A stretch of DNA of 64,000 nt, taken from Mobula birostris (lineage: Eukaryota). Location: NCBI RefSeq assembly GCF_030028105.1, contig NC_092374.1, forward strand, positions 194,179,345 to 194,243,344, written 5' to 3'. The notes beneath the pieces were generated by a model. That model searched no databases and was not told where the DNA came from. It was given only the letters and a program-made list of their open reading frames with translations. Position 1 is the stretch's first letter; every line of letters begins with the position of its first letter. Both the position numbers and the translations under genes were made by a program. Of the stretch, positions 11,780-25,554 are shown piece after piece.

Positions 11780-12405
11780 AAAACTAAAGAAATTTGGCCT
11801 GTCCCCTAAAACCCTCACTAATTTTTATAGATGCACCGTAGAAAGCATTCTTCTAGGGTGCATCACAACCTGGTCTGGAAGTTGTCCTGTCCAAGACGGA
11901 AAGAAGCTGCAGAAGATTGTGAACATGGCGCAGCACATCACACAAACCAATCTTCCATCTGTGGACTCACTTTACACCTCACGCTGTTGGAACAGTGCTG
12001 CCAGGATAATCAAGGACACGACCCACCCAGCCAACACACTTTTCATCCCTCTTCCCTCCAGGAGAAGGCTCAGGAGCTTGAAGACTCGTACGGCCAGATT
12101 TGGGAACAGCTTCTTTCCAACTGTGATAAGACTGCTGAACAGATCCTGACCCGGATCTGGGCCGTACCCTCCAAATATCCGGACCTCCCTGTCGGTTTTT
12201 TTGCACTACCTTACTTTACATTTTTCTATTTTCTATTTATGATTTATAATTTAATTTTTTAATATTTACTAATTTTAACAATTTTTAATATTTTTAATTT
12301 TTAATATTTGTAATCCAGGGAGTGTGAAGCGCGGATTCAAATATCACTGTGATGATTGTACGTTCTAGTACCAATTGTTTGGCGACAATAAAGTATAAAG
12401 TATAA
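11780..12405 (+). mobile_element. Rex1/Babar-type LINE 3' end
   Basis: ORF 11919-12149 (AARIIKDTTHPANTLFIPLPSRRRLRSLKTRTARFGNSFFPTVIRLLN); tail aataaagtataaagtataaa. Confidence 0.8.
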
Positions 12406-13750
12406 ATATGTCCATCTGGTGGGTGGTCCATAATTCAGTAGCCCTATTAAAGTGGTCACAACTTCCTTATTTCTCAGTTCCTCCCATAACTCCTCACCAG
12501 TCAAGTTCTCCGGTCTGTCTTGATAGAACACTGACGTGATATTGTCCCTGACTAGTAATGCCACCCCTCTCCATTAGCCCCTCTCCATTAGCCCCTCCCA
12601 CTCTGTCACCACAAAAACAACACAACCCAGAATATTGAGAAGCCAGTCCTCCCCCTCCAAGATTCAATGATGGCTACAGTATCATAATTCCAAGTGTTAA
12701 TCCATTCCCTTGGCTTATCCACCTTTCTCGATACTTCTTGCAATAAAATATACGCAGCTCAGGACACTGGTCGCACCCTGCTCAAACTGTTGAATCCAGA
12801 CTTTGTCCTGATGTCTTAACAATTTCTGTCTCCACAACCACTCCACTATCTGTTCTGGTACTCTGGTTCCCATCCCCCTGCAACTCTAGTTTAAACCCAC
12901 CATGCAGCATTAACAAACCTTCCCACTAGGCTAATAGTCCCCTTTCAGTTCAGGTGCAAACCGTCTCTTCTGTACAGGTCTCACCTTCCATGGAAGATAT
13001 CCAAACATCTTACGCTCTGCCTGCTACTCCAACTCTTTAGCCAAGTGTTAAACTGTATAATCTTTCTATTTCTGGCCTGATTAGCAATCCTGATATCACA
13101 ATCCTCACCATTCATCCTACCCATGTCATTGGCACCTACGTGGATCATGTCCTCTGGCTGTCCACTCTCCCACTTAAGAATGCTGAGGATTCAACCTGAG
13201 ATGTCTCGGACCCTGACACCCAGCAGGCAACATGCCATATGGAAATCTCATTCTAGTTCACAGAACCTCCTTTCTGTTTCCCTTGACTAACAAATCCCCT
13301 ATCGCCACAGCTCACCTCTTCACCCCCACCTTTCCTTCCGAGTCAGAGCCAAACCCAGTACCAGAGACCCTGTCGTTGTGACAGTCCTCTGCAAAGTCAC
13401 CCCCCACTCCCCCAACAGTATCCGATGTGATAGACGTGTTGTTGAGGGGCATGGCCACAAGGGTACTCTGCATTGGGTCTTTAACCTCTTCCCACTTCCT
13501 CACCAAAACCGTTTCCTGTGTCCTGCACGTTGGGTATTGGGTGTAACTACCTCTCGATATGTCGTATCTATCATCCCCTCGGCCTTGATCTGGAAATCAT
13601 GCGGTTCCAGCTTCAACTCTTTTACGCGGATGCACTTTACGCAGGTGTAGTCGTGAGTGACACTGGAAGGCTCCCTGTCTTCCCACATGCCTCTATCCAG
13701 ACGTCTATCCCAGTGTATATTAAATACTTAAGTTAAAATTTGTGCAAAAA
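12405..13750 (-). mobile_element. CR1 ORF1/EN remnant
   Basis: ORF 13500-13688 (CVKCIRVKELKLE) and EN-like ORF 12337-12564. Confidence 0.7.
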
Positions 13751-14524
13751 CAGAAATAATTTTTAAAATGTGAGGTAGTGTTCATGAGTTCAATATCCAT
13801 TTAGAAATTGGATGGTAGAGGAGAAGCAGATGTTCCTGAATCACTGAGTGTGTGCTTTCAGGCTTCTGTACCTCCTTCCTGATGGTAATAATGAGTAGAG
13901 GGCATGTCCTGGGAGGGGGCAGAGTCCTTAATGATTGACGCCATCTTTCTGAGGCATCATTCCTTGAAGATGTCTTGGATATTATGGAGCTGATCAAATT
14001 TACAACTTTCTGTAGCCTCTTTCAATCCCGTTCAGTAGCAGTGTGCCCCCCCCCCATTACAGAGGTGATACAGCCTGTCAGAATGCTTTTCTTAGTACAT
14101 CTGTAGAAAATCTTGAGTGTTTTAGGTGACAAAACAAATCTCCTCAAACTCCTAATGACATGTAGCCTTCTTTACAGCTGCATCAGTATGTTGGGGCCAG
14201 GTTAGATCCTCAGAGACATTGACACCCAGGAACTTGAAATTGCACACTCTCTCCGTTTCTGATCACTCTATAAGGATTGGTTCGTGTTCTCTCATCTTAC
14301 CCTTTCTGAAGTCTTCCAGATTACCCACCATGTGGGGAAATTCTATCCCCCTCCTTGGCCCTTGAACTGGGGCAGCTATGTTCAGCGGGGCCTCAAAGAG
14401 TTGAGAGCATATTCCTGGTTTGAGATCATCCACTTCTCTCCTTGAAGGATGCCAACAGAATATTTGGGCAAGTTGTTGTTTCCATGGTGACTGACAAAAG
14501 TTCACTCAAGCTTGTATGAATGCT

Positions 14525-15062
14525 GTTCCCCATTCCCAGTTGTAACCCATTTCATTTCCACTCCGCATTTCCATACCAACACATCTATTCTCAGCCTCCT
14601 CACTGTCAGGGTCAGCTCAAATGTAAGCTAGAGGAATATTCTTATATTCTCCCTGGGTCATCTACAAGCTGAAAGTGTGATCTTTCAATTCTTCAACTTG
14701 CCGCAAACTGCTTCCCCTCCGACCCTTTTCCCCTCCTCCTGATTGAACCAGCTCTCCCTACAAGCAACCAATGCACAAAAAAGAAATGCTGAGACCTGAG
14801 TTCTAAAACTCCAACATCTGCAGTACTTTGTCACAGCTACCTACCACCTCCCAGCCTCCATGGCTACCTCCACTTCCTTCCCCCTTCCGCCTATCACCTC
14901 CTCCTCAGCTGGATCCACCTGCACTTGTTCCACCCATTCCACATTACCTTTTTGTCTCTGGCCACATCTCTTCAGTCTTTCAGACCAGACGACTCAAAAT
15001 TTCTCCCCCCACAGCTGCTGCCCGGCCCTCTGGGTTCCTCCAGCATCTGCTGTGTTCTCCAT
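14525..15062 (+). mobile_element. Penelope-like element 3' end (GIY-YIG C-terminus plus pLTR remnant)
   Basis: Translates FPVVTHFIST.HFH...CKLEE...LIFSLGHLQ...FFN; a similar remnant lies at 49365-49520 (FPVANHFNSISHSHS...LQPEGMNISFSNF). Confidence 0.7.
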
Positions 15063-15379
15063 TAGTATGGGAAAACTCTGGTTCCAAAATCACAGTGACG
15101 GAAGGCGGAATCTGTCAATCTCTGCTTGAATATACTCAGCAACTCGGCCGCTATAACCATCATAAGGCTCTCCAGCCCATGGAGCCATCTATCCAAAAAG
15201 CCAGCTGCTTTGTTGAGACTGGACCCCACCCCCCAGGACAATGCTCCCTGTTAGGGGAAGATATTCCATGCATCTCAGAGAGAGACTGATGGTCGCTCAC
15301 TGAAATCTCAATTTTCTGAGAATGCTGAAGAGAGCTGGACATCAATACTCACAACCTTCCATAACACACAACGATGAAG

Positions 15380-18300
15380 CATGTTACGATGAGAATGAGA
15401 ATGGAATCGGGTTTAACATCACTGGCAGATGTCATGAAATGTGTCTTTTACAGCTGCAGCAATACATAATAATAAAATCTATAAATTACTATAAGAATTT
15501 ATACATACAGAACTTTCTGCAGCTTTTTCCAGTCCTGTGCAATTGCTCCTCGATGTCAGACAGCAATGCAACCAGTAAGAATGCTCTTCTCAACACATCT
15601 GTAGAAATCTGCAAGGGTCTTTGGTGCCATACCAAATCTCCAAAAACTTCTAATGAACTACAGCCTCTGTTGTACCTCCTTTGTAATTCGATCAATATAC
15701 TGGGCCCAGGATAGATCCACAGGGACGTTGACACCCAAGAACTTGAAACTGCGCTCACCTTTTCCACTCCTGATAAGGACTGGGGTGTGTTCCCTTGACC
15801 TCCCCTTCTTTTTTTTTGTAATTTATTTTTTATTGAATTTCATCATCAAATATTTCCATAAGATGTATTTCAGATACTGTACATATATATCATATAATCA
15901 TATTTGTCACAAATCTCCCCATAATACTTATCTGACGTATACACTCATAGAAAGGAAAGGAAATAAAGAACAATAGAAAGAAGAAAACTGTGTACAGAGT
16001 AGGGAGTGATTTTTTTTACAACATATTCATTGACTTGTGAGTATAAAATCAGGCCTATGAGATGTTATGTAGTTAAACCATTTTTTTCCAGTATGAATAA
16101 AATTGTTCCAGCTTATGATTGACAGATGCTGTTATCTTCTCCATTTTGTAAATATCCATTGTAATTTCCATCCATACATTTAAAGTTGGGCTCTCCTGTG
16201 ATAACCATTTCCTGGTAAGGATCTTTTTACCAGCCACCAGCAGTACATTCATTAAATATTTATCTCTTTTCAACCATTCTTGAGGTATATACCCAAAATA
16301 TATGGTCTTACTCTCTAAGAGTATTTCACATTTTAAAGATGTCTTGTAGGACATTATGTATCCCACACCAATAGTCTTTGATAACGGGACATTCCTAGAA
16401 AATATGATAATAGTTTGCATTTTGATTTCCACAATTTCTCCGGCAAACAGGGGGGTTACTATCATAATGAGAATTCTGAGAGGGTGTAATAAAATATCTT
16501 ATCAAGTTTTTCCACCCGAAATCCCACCGTTTCTGTGAACTGGTACACTTCCATTGATACCTCCATATCATTGTCCAGTCTTCCACAGATATTATTATCC
16601 CTCCTTCCTTCTCCCATTTTGTTTTAATGTATGAAGTCGAATGTGTTTTATGATTTGACAAACCCTTATACATGCTTGAAATTATTCTACTACCATTGTC
16701 TGAATTATATGCTTTTCTAAATAGCTCTATCAGACATGTACTTGCCTTGGTTATATTTTTAACCGTCCTATTAATATACTGCCACATCTGTAAATACCGG
16801 TAAAAGTCTTGTTTTTCTAATAAGTGTTTCTCTTTGAGCATTTCACAACTGAACAGTGTTCCTTCTTTCATTATATTGCAAATAGCCGTTATTCCTTTAG
16901 CTGTCCAGTCCTTAAACCTTGCATCCAGTTTATTCGGCGTAAAATCCGAGTCATGTGGAACTTTGAATATAGAGTTTTGTAAAACATTTCAAAAGCTTCT
17001 TGAATTTAACATAGCTTATTTTTTTCATCACTTTTGTTCTTGGATCCCTAATTCTATGAATTGTATTTTCTGCTATCTTTTTTTTCACTTTCCACGCCAG
17101 TACTTTCATAGATTTAGATCCACTTTCATGGTGTCTCTGTTTCAGAACATTAATTTTTTTCTAATTTCTTGTGTAGCCGAACTATTAATATCATTCAATG
17201 CAAACACGAGGAGTTCTGCAGATGTTGGAAATTCAAGCAACACACATCAAAGTTGCTGGTGAATGCAGCAGGCCAGGCAGCAACTTTGATGTGTGTTGCT
17301 ATTAATAAAATTCCTATTTTTTAAATTCCCTCTAGTGTATCCTGTGCCAAACTCAATTTGTGTTTTTTTCTCGTTCCTTCAGCTTATTTTGTAATTCATC
17401 TAATGTTTTATTCCTTATTTTTTTCTTATATGAAGATATCACTATAATTTTCCCTCTTAAGACAGCCTTCATAGTATCCCATAGAATGGGAGGTGAAACC
17501 TTTCCATTATCACTGAATTCTAAGTAAAGACCAATTTCTTTTTTAATTTGTTCCTTAAAATAGGGATCATTGAGTAGACTTGAATTTAGTTTTCAAATAG
17601 TATTCTTTGGTCGTAGATCAAAATCAACAGATAAATATATAGGTGCACGGTCACTTACATCTATTGTCCCAATTCCACAGGTGATTATTTTGTCCCTATC
17701 TTTTCTAAATGTTATGAAATAGTCTATTCTTGTATAAACAGAATGGGGGGCAGAATAATGAGTGTAATCCCTTCAGTCGGGGAAAAGGTCCCTCCATATA
17801 TCAATTACACCAACATTCTCAAAAAGTGTATTAACTTTCTTATGTAATGACTTTGTTTCATAAGTTTTTCTATTGGAAGGGTCTAACTTTGGTTGTAATT
17901 GTAAATTTAAGTCTCCCCCACATATCAAAAGACATTCTGTTTCCGTTACCATAGTATTAGTAATTTTCTGGAAGAAACTATTACCACTTCCTGGGGTTGT
18001 GTATATATTCAATAAAGTAACTGGATTTCCATCTATATTGCCCCTTACCAGAATATATCTCTCCTCCTTATCTCCCATTTCGAAAACTTCTTCAAAATTT
18101 AGCTGCTTGAGATGAGAATAGCAACTCCTTTTCTATGTCCTGATTTATATGAGGAGAAAAACAAATTAATAAAGCCCATTCTCTTTAATTTTCCATGTTC
18201 ATTATCACTTAAGTGAGTTTCCTGTAAATATACTACATGGGCTTGTTCTTTTTTTCATTTTCGATAGAATTTTACTGCGCTTCACTGGATTCAACAGCGC

Positions 18301-20290
18301 ATTGACATTAAAAGAAATTAATTTTACTTTGTCCTTAACCATGTGTATTTATCTGTTAGTATATCATTGAAATTTGCAGAATATAACTGAAATGATCTAC
18401 TCCCTGAACAAATAAGAGCCAAAAAACGCGAATAATAATTAAAAAAAGATAATGAAGGTGTGATTCCAAGGCCGGGGTCTCTAGATGACCCTGGGTTGAG
18501 CTAGAAGAAACGTCTGGCCATGGGGGAATAGCCCCTCCTACCTGTGAGTTGAGGGCCCCCGCTGCATTACCTATAAAAGTAAGTAAAAAAAATCTATGTC
18601 CATTACACAGAAATGATTTCCCTGTTTATTCCTCCCATGTATATATTTTCATTTAGTTGGGAGAAAAGGAATGAATGAATGAATTTTTTAAAATTGTGTA
18701 ATATCACATCCATATTATAATACGTATTTCTCGAGATAGGTGTATCACCGTCTATTTTTGCTTCCGTTTAGTTTATCAGCACTTTTAAAGTTAGCCAAAC
18801 ATTATGACTCTTCTGGAGGAGATGAGGGCTGTCCTCGGAGAACTCACAGTCTCTTCCTAATATTCTTCTCTCGTCCTGCTCCCGTCTCCTGCTTTCTCGG
18901 CTCTCTTACAATTTCCCAAGCAGATCGGGATAACTGCTCAGCTAGACTTTCCCTCGGTCTGACCACGCTAATGGACAGTCCTCTGTTCTTCATGTCTGTA
19001 GTCGCCTCTTCCACTGTCTGATATAGTCGTATCCCTTCTTGGTAAAATACCCTCCGTTTAGCAGCGTACGGGGTTTGGAATTTAATCTTTTCTTCCTTCA
19101 ATATTCGTTTCGCTTCGGAATACTGCTTCCATTTCTGTAGGACCGCCGGGGGATTATCATGATCAAAGTATAGTAACTTCCCGTTCCAAAACACCCTCTT
19201 CTTCCCCCAGGCCCTTCGTAGAATCTCTGCCTTGCTCTTGAATCGAAGGAGTTTCAATACTATGGAGCGCGGTTTACCTTCTCTCTCTCCGGAGGGCAGC
19301 GGGACGAGCGGACGATGCGCCCTCTCAATTTCAATCTCTATAGTCGGGGGAATCTCCAGCGCTTCCCGCAAAGTCTACAAAGTCTATCATCAACAATCCC
19401 TCCGCTCCTTCGGGAACATTATAAATCCTGGTATTTTTCTATCGTGATCTTCCCTCCTGGTCAAGCAATTTAATTTCCTGTTGATTTAAAATTTTTATCG
19501 TCTTACTTAGGCACTTTTTGCAGGCGATCTTCCACCTTCTCAATTCGAGCCTCTGCCACTGCTATTTTCTGATTGACGTTGGCGAGCTCTGACTTTATAT
19601 GGTTGAGTTGCTGTTTTATATCTTTTTGGACTTCCCTTACCTCCTCCAGAAACTTTATCATGTTTGCCGCTTCGCCCACACGAGGCCCCGCGTCAGCCTC
19701 GCCACCACAGGCACGTGTAGGAGAGCCGCGCGTTGCACCTCTCTCTCCCATGGGCTCCGCAGGGATGCTTTTTTTAATCTCCATTCTTCTTCCCCATTCT
19801 TGCCCGCCTTATCAATTCAGATATTTTCGAAAGATCTTACATTTGATGGATTAACGGGGCAAAATGTGCGTTTTTCCAGAGGAGCTATTGATTTAAGCTG
19901 CCATTCTGAACGATGACGTCTCAGAACCAACTTCCTGAAGTACACAAACAATTTCTTGGTCTCATTGATATTAAATTCAAGGTTGTTGTTGCAACACCAC
20001 TCAACCAGCTGGTCTTTCTCACTCCTGTACACCTCCTCATCACCATCTAAAATTTTGCCAAAAATAATTGTGACGACAGCAAATTTATAAATAGCATTTG
20101 AGCTGTGCCTGGCCACACAATAGTCAGTGTAGAGATAGTAGAACAGTGGGCCAAGCATGCATCTTTGAGGTACACCAGTGTTGATCGTCAGCGAGGTGGT
20201 GATGTTATTTCCAATGTGCACAGACTCTGGTCTCCCAGTGAGGATGGCAAGGATGGAGTTGCAGGGGGAAGTTCAGATGCCCAGGTTATG
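15380..20290 (-). mobile_element. Rex1/Babar LINE RT/3' fragment split by the L1 insertion (15380-15807 and ~19930-20290)
   Basis: ORF 19817-20221 (TGVPQRCMLGPLFYYLYT...LVEWCCNNNLEFNINETKKL) continues in ORF 15489-15767 (TSLWIYPGPSIL...LRRAFLLVA). Confidence 0.8.
15808..19925 (-). mobile_element. L1-clade LINE with ORF1, EN and C-terminus/poly(A), but RT domain deleted
   Basis: ORF1 pieces 19503-19784 and 18844-19371 (IERAHRPL...PRSIVLKLLRF); ORF2 ATG at 18342 (KLISFNVN...YLQETHL); linker TFYKTLYS joins directly to C-terminal DSDFTPNKLD near 16955; poly(A) at ~15808-15830. Confidence 0.85.
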
Positions 20291-21313
20291 GAACATGTTT
20301 GGATGCACATTAGAGAGCATCCTAATATGCTGGATCGCTGTGTGGTACAGAAACTCACAGTGATGGATAGGACAACTCTTCAACAGGTAGTTAAATAACA
20401 CCATAAGATATAGGTGTAGAATTAGTCCATTTGGCCCATTGAGTCTGATCTGCCATTTCATCATGTCTGATCCATTTTCCTCTCAGCCCCAATCTCTTCC
20501 CTTCTCCCCGTATCCCTTCACGCACGGACCAAACAAGAATCTATCAGCCTCTGCCTTAAATATCCATAAACACGTGGCCCCACAGGAGCCTGTGGCAAAG
20601 AATTCCACAGATTCTCCACTCTCTGGCTAAAGAAATTCCTCCTCATCTCTGTTCTAAAAGGATGCCTCTCATTTTTGAGGCTGTGTCCACTCATCTTAGA
20701 CTCTCCCACCAGAGGAAACATCCTCTCCATATCCATTCTATTGAGGCTTTCACCATTCGATTGGTTTCAATGAGATCACCCCTCATTCTTCAAAATTCCA
20801 GCGAATACAGGCCCAGAGCCATCAAACACTCTTCGTATGACAAGCGAATGAAGAGCTTGTCATCCAAACTCTTCAAAATACAGAACATATCCCTGGCATC
20901 GGACTGCCCACCATCAAGGAGCAGACTGAAGAACCAGATACTTCATCCAATGTTACCAGGTTGACAACACCTCCACCATTAACCCACCACTACATCCACA
21001 TCAGCCATTCCTCTCCACAGCCCTCAGCACACTTCCCATGCACTGTCACTTTACAGTCACTTGTACATTGTGTTTTATAGGATGAGTGTATATTTATATA
21101 CTTTTTTTGTTTTTATGCTTATTGTCTCTTTTTACTGCTGCATCAGAACTGGAGAAACAATGATTTCATCCTCCTTTAAACTCTTGTACTGACAATTGAC
21201 AACAAACAATCTCAAATGTTGAATGTGTCCAGCCTTTAACACTGGGCCTGAATTCTCAGCCCAATGGCCAACTTCCAAATGGGAAGCATTGACTTTCTCC
21301 TTTCCCACTGCAG

Positions 21314-21643
21314 GAAAAAGCAAGAACTTCATGGTTACACAAGGCCAGTCCAGTATATTTGTAGGTGAGGGTGAAATGGTCCTCTTGGTCTGTAGCCATA
21401 ATGCCAATCACTCTGGAGACACCGTGTTCTACAGCTGGTACAGGAATACATCTGAAGTCTCCAACGGGATGACAGAGTTTGCAGGGCGCGTCCTTGGGCC
21501 TGACCAGGAGGATTCATTCAAAGTTTCCATAAAGCTGGTGGACGTGAGGGAGAGTGATTCTGGAATGTATTACTGCAAAGTACGGTTAGACGGGATTGGC
21601 GTGGAAATTGGAGAAGGTGTACGGCTGACTGTGAGTCACACAC
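21314..21643 (+). CDS. NCR3: NCR3/NKp30-family VJ-type IgSF V-domain exon (phase 1-1)
   Basis: Acceptor cccactgcag|G; donor C|gtgagt. Canonical C...W...DSGMYYC and in-exon J-like GEGVRLTV. EVSNGMTEFAGRV and DVRESDSGMYYCKVRLDGIGVEIGEGVRLTV resemble human NKp30 EVRNGTPEFRGRL and DVRGHDASIYVCRVEVLGLGVGTGNGTRLVV (recalled). Confidence 0.88.
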
Positions 21644-21679
21644 GTGAGTGGTTCCCCAGCCCGAGACAATACTGAGCTT

Positions 21680-24290
21680 ATTACCACTCACTAACACCCA
21701 CCCACCCCCATCAACTTTCTATTTCTGGAGCCCTGTCCGGTTTCCCCGCACTCTGCGTAAAAATTTAACCCCTGACATCTCCTCTGTACCTACTTCCAAG
21801 CACCTTAAAACTATGCACTCTCGTGTTAGCAATTTCAGCCCTGGAGAAAAGCCTCTGACTATCCACACAATCAATGCCTCTCATTATCTTGTACATCTCT
21901 ACCAAGTCACCTCTCATCCTCCATCGCTCCAAAAAGAAAAGGTCAATTTCACTTAACCTATTCTCATACGGCATTCTTCCTAATCCAGACAACAGCCTTG
22001 TAAATCTCCTCTGCACCCTTTCTATGGTTTACACATCCTTCCTATAGCGAGCCGACTAGAAATGAGCACAGTACTCCAAATGGGGTCTGACCAGAGTCCT
22101 ATATAGCTGCAACATTACCTCTCGGCTCTTAAATTCAATCCCACGATTGATGAAGGCCAATGCACCATATGCTTTCTTAACCACAGAGTCAACCTACGTA
22201 GCAGCTTTGAGTGTCCTATGGACTCAGACCCCAAGTTCCTACTGATCCTCCACACTGCCAAGAGTCTTGCCATTAATGCTATATTCTGCCATCATATTTG
22301 ACCTACCAAAATGAACCACCTCACACTTATCTGGGTTGAACTCCATCTGCTACTTCTCAGCCCAGTTTTGCATCCTATCAATGTCCCATTGTAACCTCTG
22401 ACAGACCTCCACGCTATCCACAACACATAACCTTTGTGTCATCAGCAAATTTACTAACCCATCCCTCCACTTCCTCATCTAGGTCATTTATAAAAATCAC
22501 AAAGAGTATGGGTCCCAGAACACATCCCTGAGTCACACCACTGGTCACCGGCCTCCATGCAGAATATGACATGTCTACAACCACCCTTTGCCTTCTGTGG
22601 CAACCCAGTTCTGTATCCACAAATCAATGCCCCCTTGGATCCCATGCCTCCTTACTTTCTCAATAAGCCTTGCATGGGGTACCTTATCAAATGCTTTGCT
22701 AAAATCCATATACACAACATCTATGGCTCTACCATCATCAATGCGTTTAGTCACATCCTCAAAAAATTCAACCAGGTTCGTAAGGCATGACCTGCCTTTG
22801 ACAAAGCCATGCTGACTATTCCTAATCATATTATGCCTCTCCAAATGTTCATAAATCCTGCCTCTCAGGATCTTCTCCATCAACTTACCAGCCAATGAAG
22901 TAAGACTCACTCAGCTATAATTTCCTGGGCTATACCTACTCCTTTTCTTGAATAAGGGAACAACTTCTGTAACCCTCCAATCCTCCAGAACCTCTTCCAT
23001 CCTCATTGATGATGCAAAGATCATTGCCAGAGGCTCAGCAATTTCCTCCCTTGCCTCCCACAGAATCCCAGGGTACATCCCATCTGGTCCCAGTGACTTA
23101 TCAAACTTGACGTTTTCCAAAAGCTCCAGCACATCCTCTTTCTTAATATCTATATTCTCAAGCATTTCAGTCCACTGCAAGTCATCTTTATAATTGCCAA
23201 AATCCTTTTCCACAGTGAATGCTGAAGCAAAGTATTCATTAAGTACTCCCACTATTTCCTCCGATTCCATACACACTTTTCCATTGTCACACTTAATTGG
23301 TCCTATTATCTCACGTCTTATCCTTTTGCTCTTCACATACTTGTAGAATGCCTTGGGGTTTTCCTTAATCCTGACCACCAAGGCCTTCTCATGTCCCCTT
23401 CTGGCTCTCCTAATTTCATTCTTAAGCTCCTTCTTGCTCGCCTTATAATCTTCTAGATTCATATCATTACCTAGTTTTTTGAACCTTTCGTAAGCTCTTC
23501 TTTTCATCTAGACTAGATTTACAACAGCCTTTGTACACCACGGATCTTGTACCCGACCATCCTTTCCATGTCTCATTGGAACGTACTATCTCAGAACCCC
23601 ACGGAAATATCCCCTGAACATTTGCCACATTTCCTCCATACGTTTCACTGAGAACATCTGTTTCCAGTTTATGCTTCCAAGTTCCTGCCTGATAGCCTCA
23701 TATTTCCCCTTACTCCAATTAAATGTTTCCCTAACTTGTCTGTTCCTATCCCTCTCCAATGTTGTGGTAAAGGAGATAGAATTGTGATCACTGTCTCCAA
23801 AATGCTCTCCTACTGAAAGACCTGACACCTGGCCAGGTTCGCTTCCAAATACCAGATCAAGTATAGCCTCTCCTCTTGTAGACTTATCTACATATTGTGT
23901 CAAGAAACTTTCCTGAACACACCTAACAAACTCCACCCCATCTAAACCCCTCACTCTAGGAAGATGCCAGTCAATATTTGGGAAATTAAAATCTCCCACC
24001 ACAACAACCTGTTATTATTGCACCTTTCCCTTTTACTATTGGGTGGTCTATAAAAAAAACTCCCAGTAGAGTTATTTCCCCCTTCCTGTTTCTAACTTCC
24101 GCCCACAGAGACTCAATAGACAATCTTTTCCTGATTTCCTCCTTTTCTGCAGTCATGACGCTATCTCTGATCAACAATGTCACGCCCCCTCCTCTTCTGC
24201 CTCTTTCCTTGTCTTTTCTGAAATATTTGAAGCCTGGCTCTCTAAGTAGCCATTCCTGCCCCTGAGCCATCCAAGGCTCTGTAGATGGGA
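21680..24290 (-). mobile_element. ~2.6-kb decayed CR1 ORF2 (EN-linker-RT-3') in the NCR3 intron
   Basis: ORFs 23986-24270, 23586-24002, 22911-23507, 22575-22910, 22414-22620 (KFADDTK) and 21765-22016. Confidence 0.9.
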
Positions 24291-24391
24291 GACTGAAGAT
24301 AACAAGAATTACATTGGGGTGACTGGCTGGAGATCACACACTTATCAACCCAGGAATACTGATTGGCTCAGTGTGCAAATTATAGAACGGT

Positions 24392-24520
24392 GGCAGTGGG
24401 TCACACACTCCTCCTTCCTCTCTTGGACTAGGTGGGGCAGTGGGTCACACACTGTCCTCTCCTCCTTGGGATTTGATGGGCAGTGGGTCACATACTGTCC
24501 TCCTCCCTCTCTGTCCTATC
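24392..24520. repeat. Tandem repeat, 3 copies of a ~43-44-bp unit (ggcagtgggtcacacactgtcc...)
   Basis: Units start at 24392, 24436 and 24479. Confidence 0.85.
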
Positions 24521-24769
24521 CTATTTTCAATGGATTCTTCCTGTGTCAGTGTGGTCAACCCTCACCTTCAGGTGCTCTGATTTCCTCCCACGTCGCAAAG
24601 TCATGTGGGTTGGTGGTTTAATTGATTACTGTAAATTGCTCCCTTGGGAAGTGGTAGAAACTCAGGGGATTTGAAAGGAAGGTGGGAAGGATCGTTTATT
24701 AGTATAATTAATAGGAAAATAAATGGGATTAGTGTAGGACTGGGATAAATGTTACTCAAAGATCAACGT

Positions 24770-25432
24770 TGGATGTGATTTTAGCACCTCTCGGTCATCC
24801 TATACAATTATTGGAAGAGCAACTTCCCTATGCTTTCTGTCCTGGAATTGGGAGGAGGGGGTGTGGCAGTGACAGGAATTATTGCACCATTGAAGTGGAA
24901 GGACTCTAATCTACCTACAGTCTTTTATTGGCTCTCCTCTATTATGTCCTGTTTAAGTTTAGAGAAAATCAGAAGTCAGACATTTCACACATCCTTTAAG
25001 TTTGAGCAAATCTGACACCTTTTATCCAATATTTTCATTTAATTTGATTTATTACTCTTTCAATCTTTTTTCGAAGTTTTAGATTTGATCAGAAAGTCTG
25101 TTTTTTTTTCCTTTTTTTGGGTTGTATCCTCAAAATGGACTGCCCAGTCCCTTTTTTTTTCTTTTTTTTTAAATATAGTGTAGTGGGATTATTTTTCTCT
25201 TCATTTAAAACTCAAAGTTTTTTCTTTTCTCGTCATAAACTGACAAGAGGAGAATTGCTGTTTTCATTTTTTATTATATATTTTCTACCGGTTTAACAAT
25301 ATCTATGATTTTGACAATGTCTATCTTAATCTTGGTTTGTATTGTTATTGATATATATATTTGAGATAATTCCCCTCTTGATTGTATTTATGCTTCTTTT
25401 AAATCAATAAAAAGATTAATAAAGAAAGAAAG
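24770..25432 (+). mobile_element. 5'-truncated L1 3' end
   Basis: ORF end IMSCLSLEKIRSQTFHTSFKFEQI, T-rich UTR, aataaaaag...(gaaa)n tail. Confidence 0.6.
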
Positions 25433-25554
25433 ATTTCACCAGTGGGGTTAAAGACTTTCAGGTTGGCTACCATGTCACTGCGTGCTTCATCAGTCTCGAA
25501 GGGCCAAGTGGCCCATTTGTGCTCGTGTGTTCCGACTTGTTTCTCCCCCCTCAG

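Noticed and set aside
21590-21700. Rearranging Ig/TCR V segment
   Set aside because: No CACAGTG heptamer or nonamer after the Cys, and the J-like strand is encoded in the same exon.
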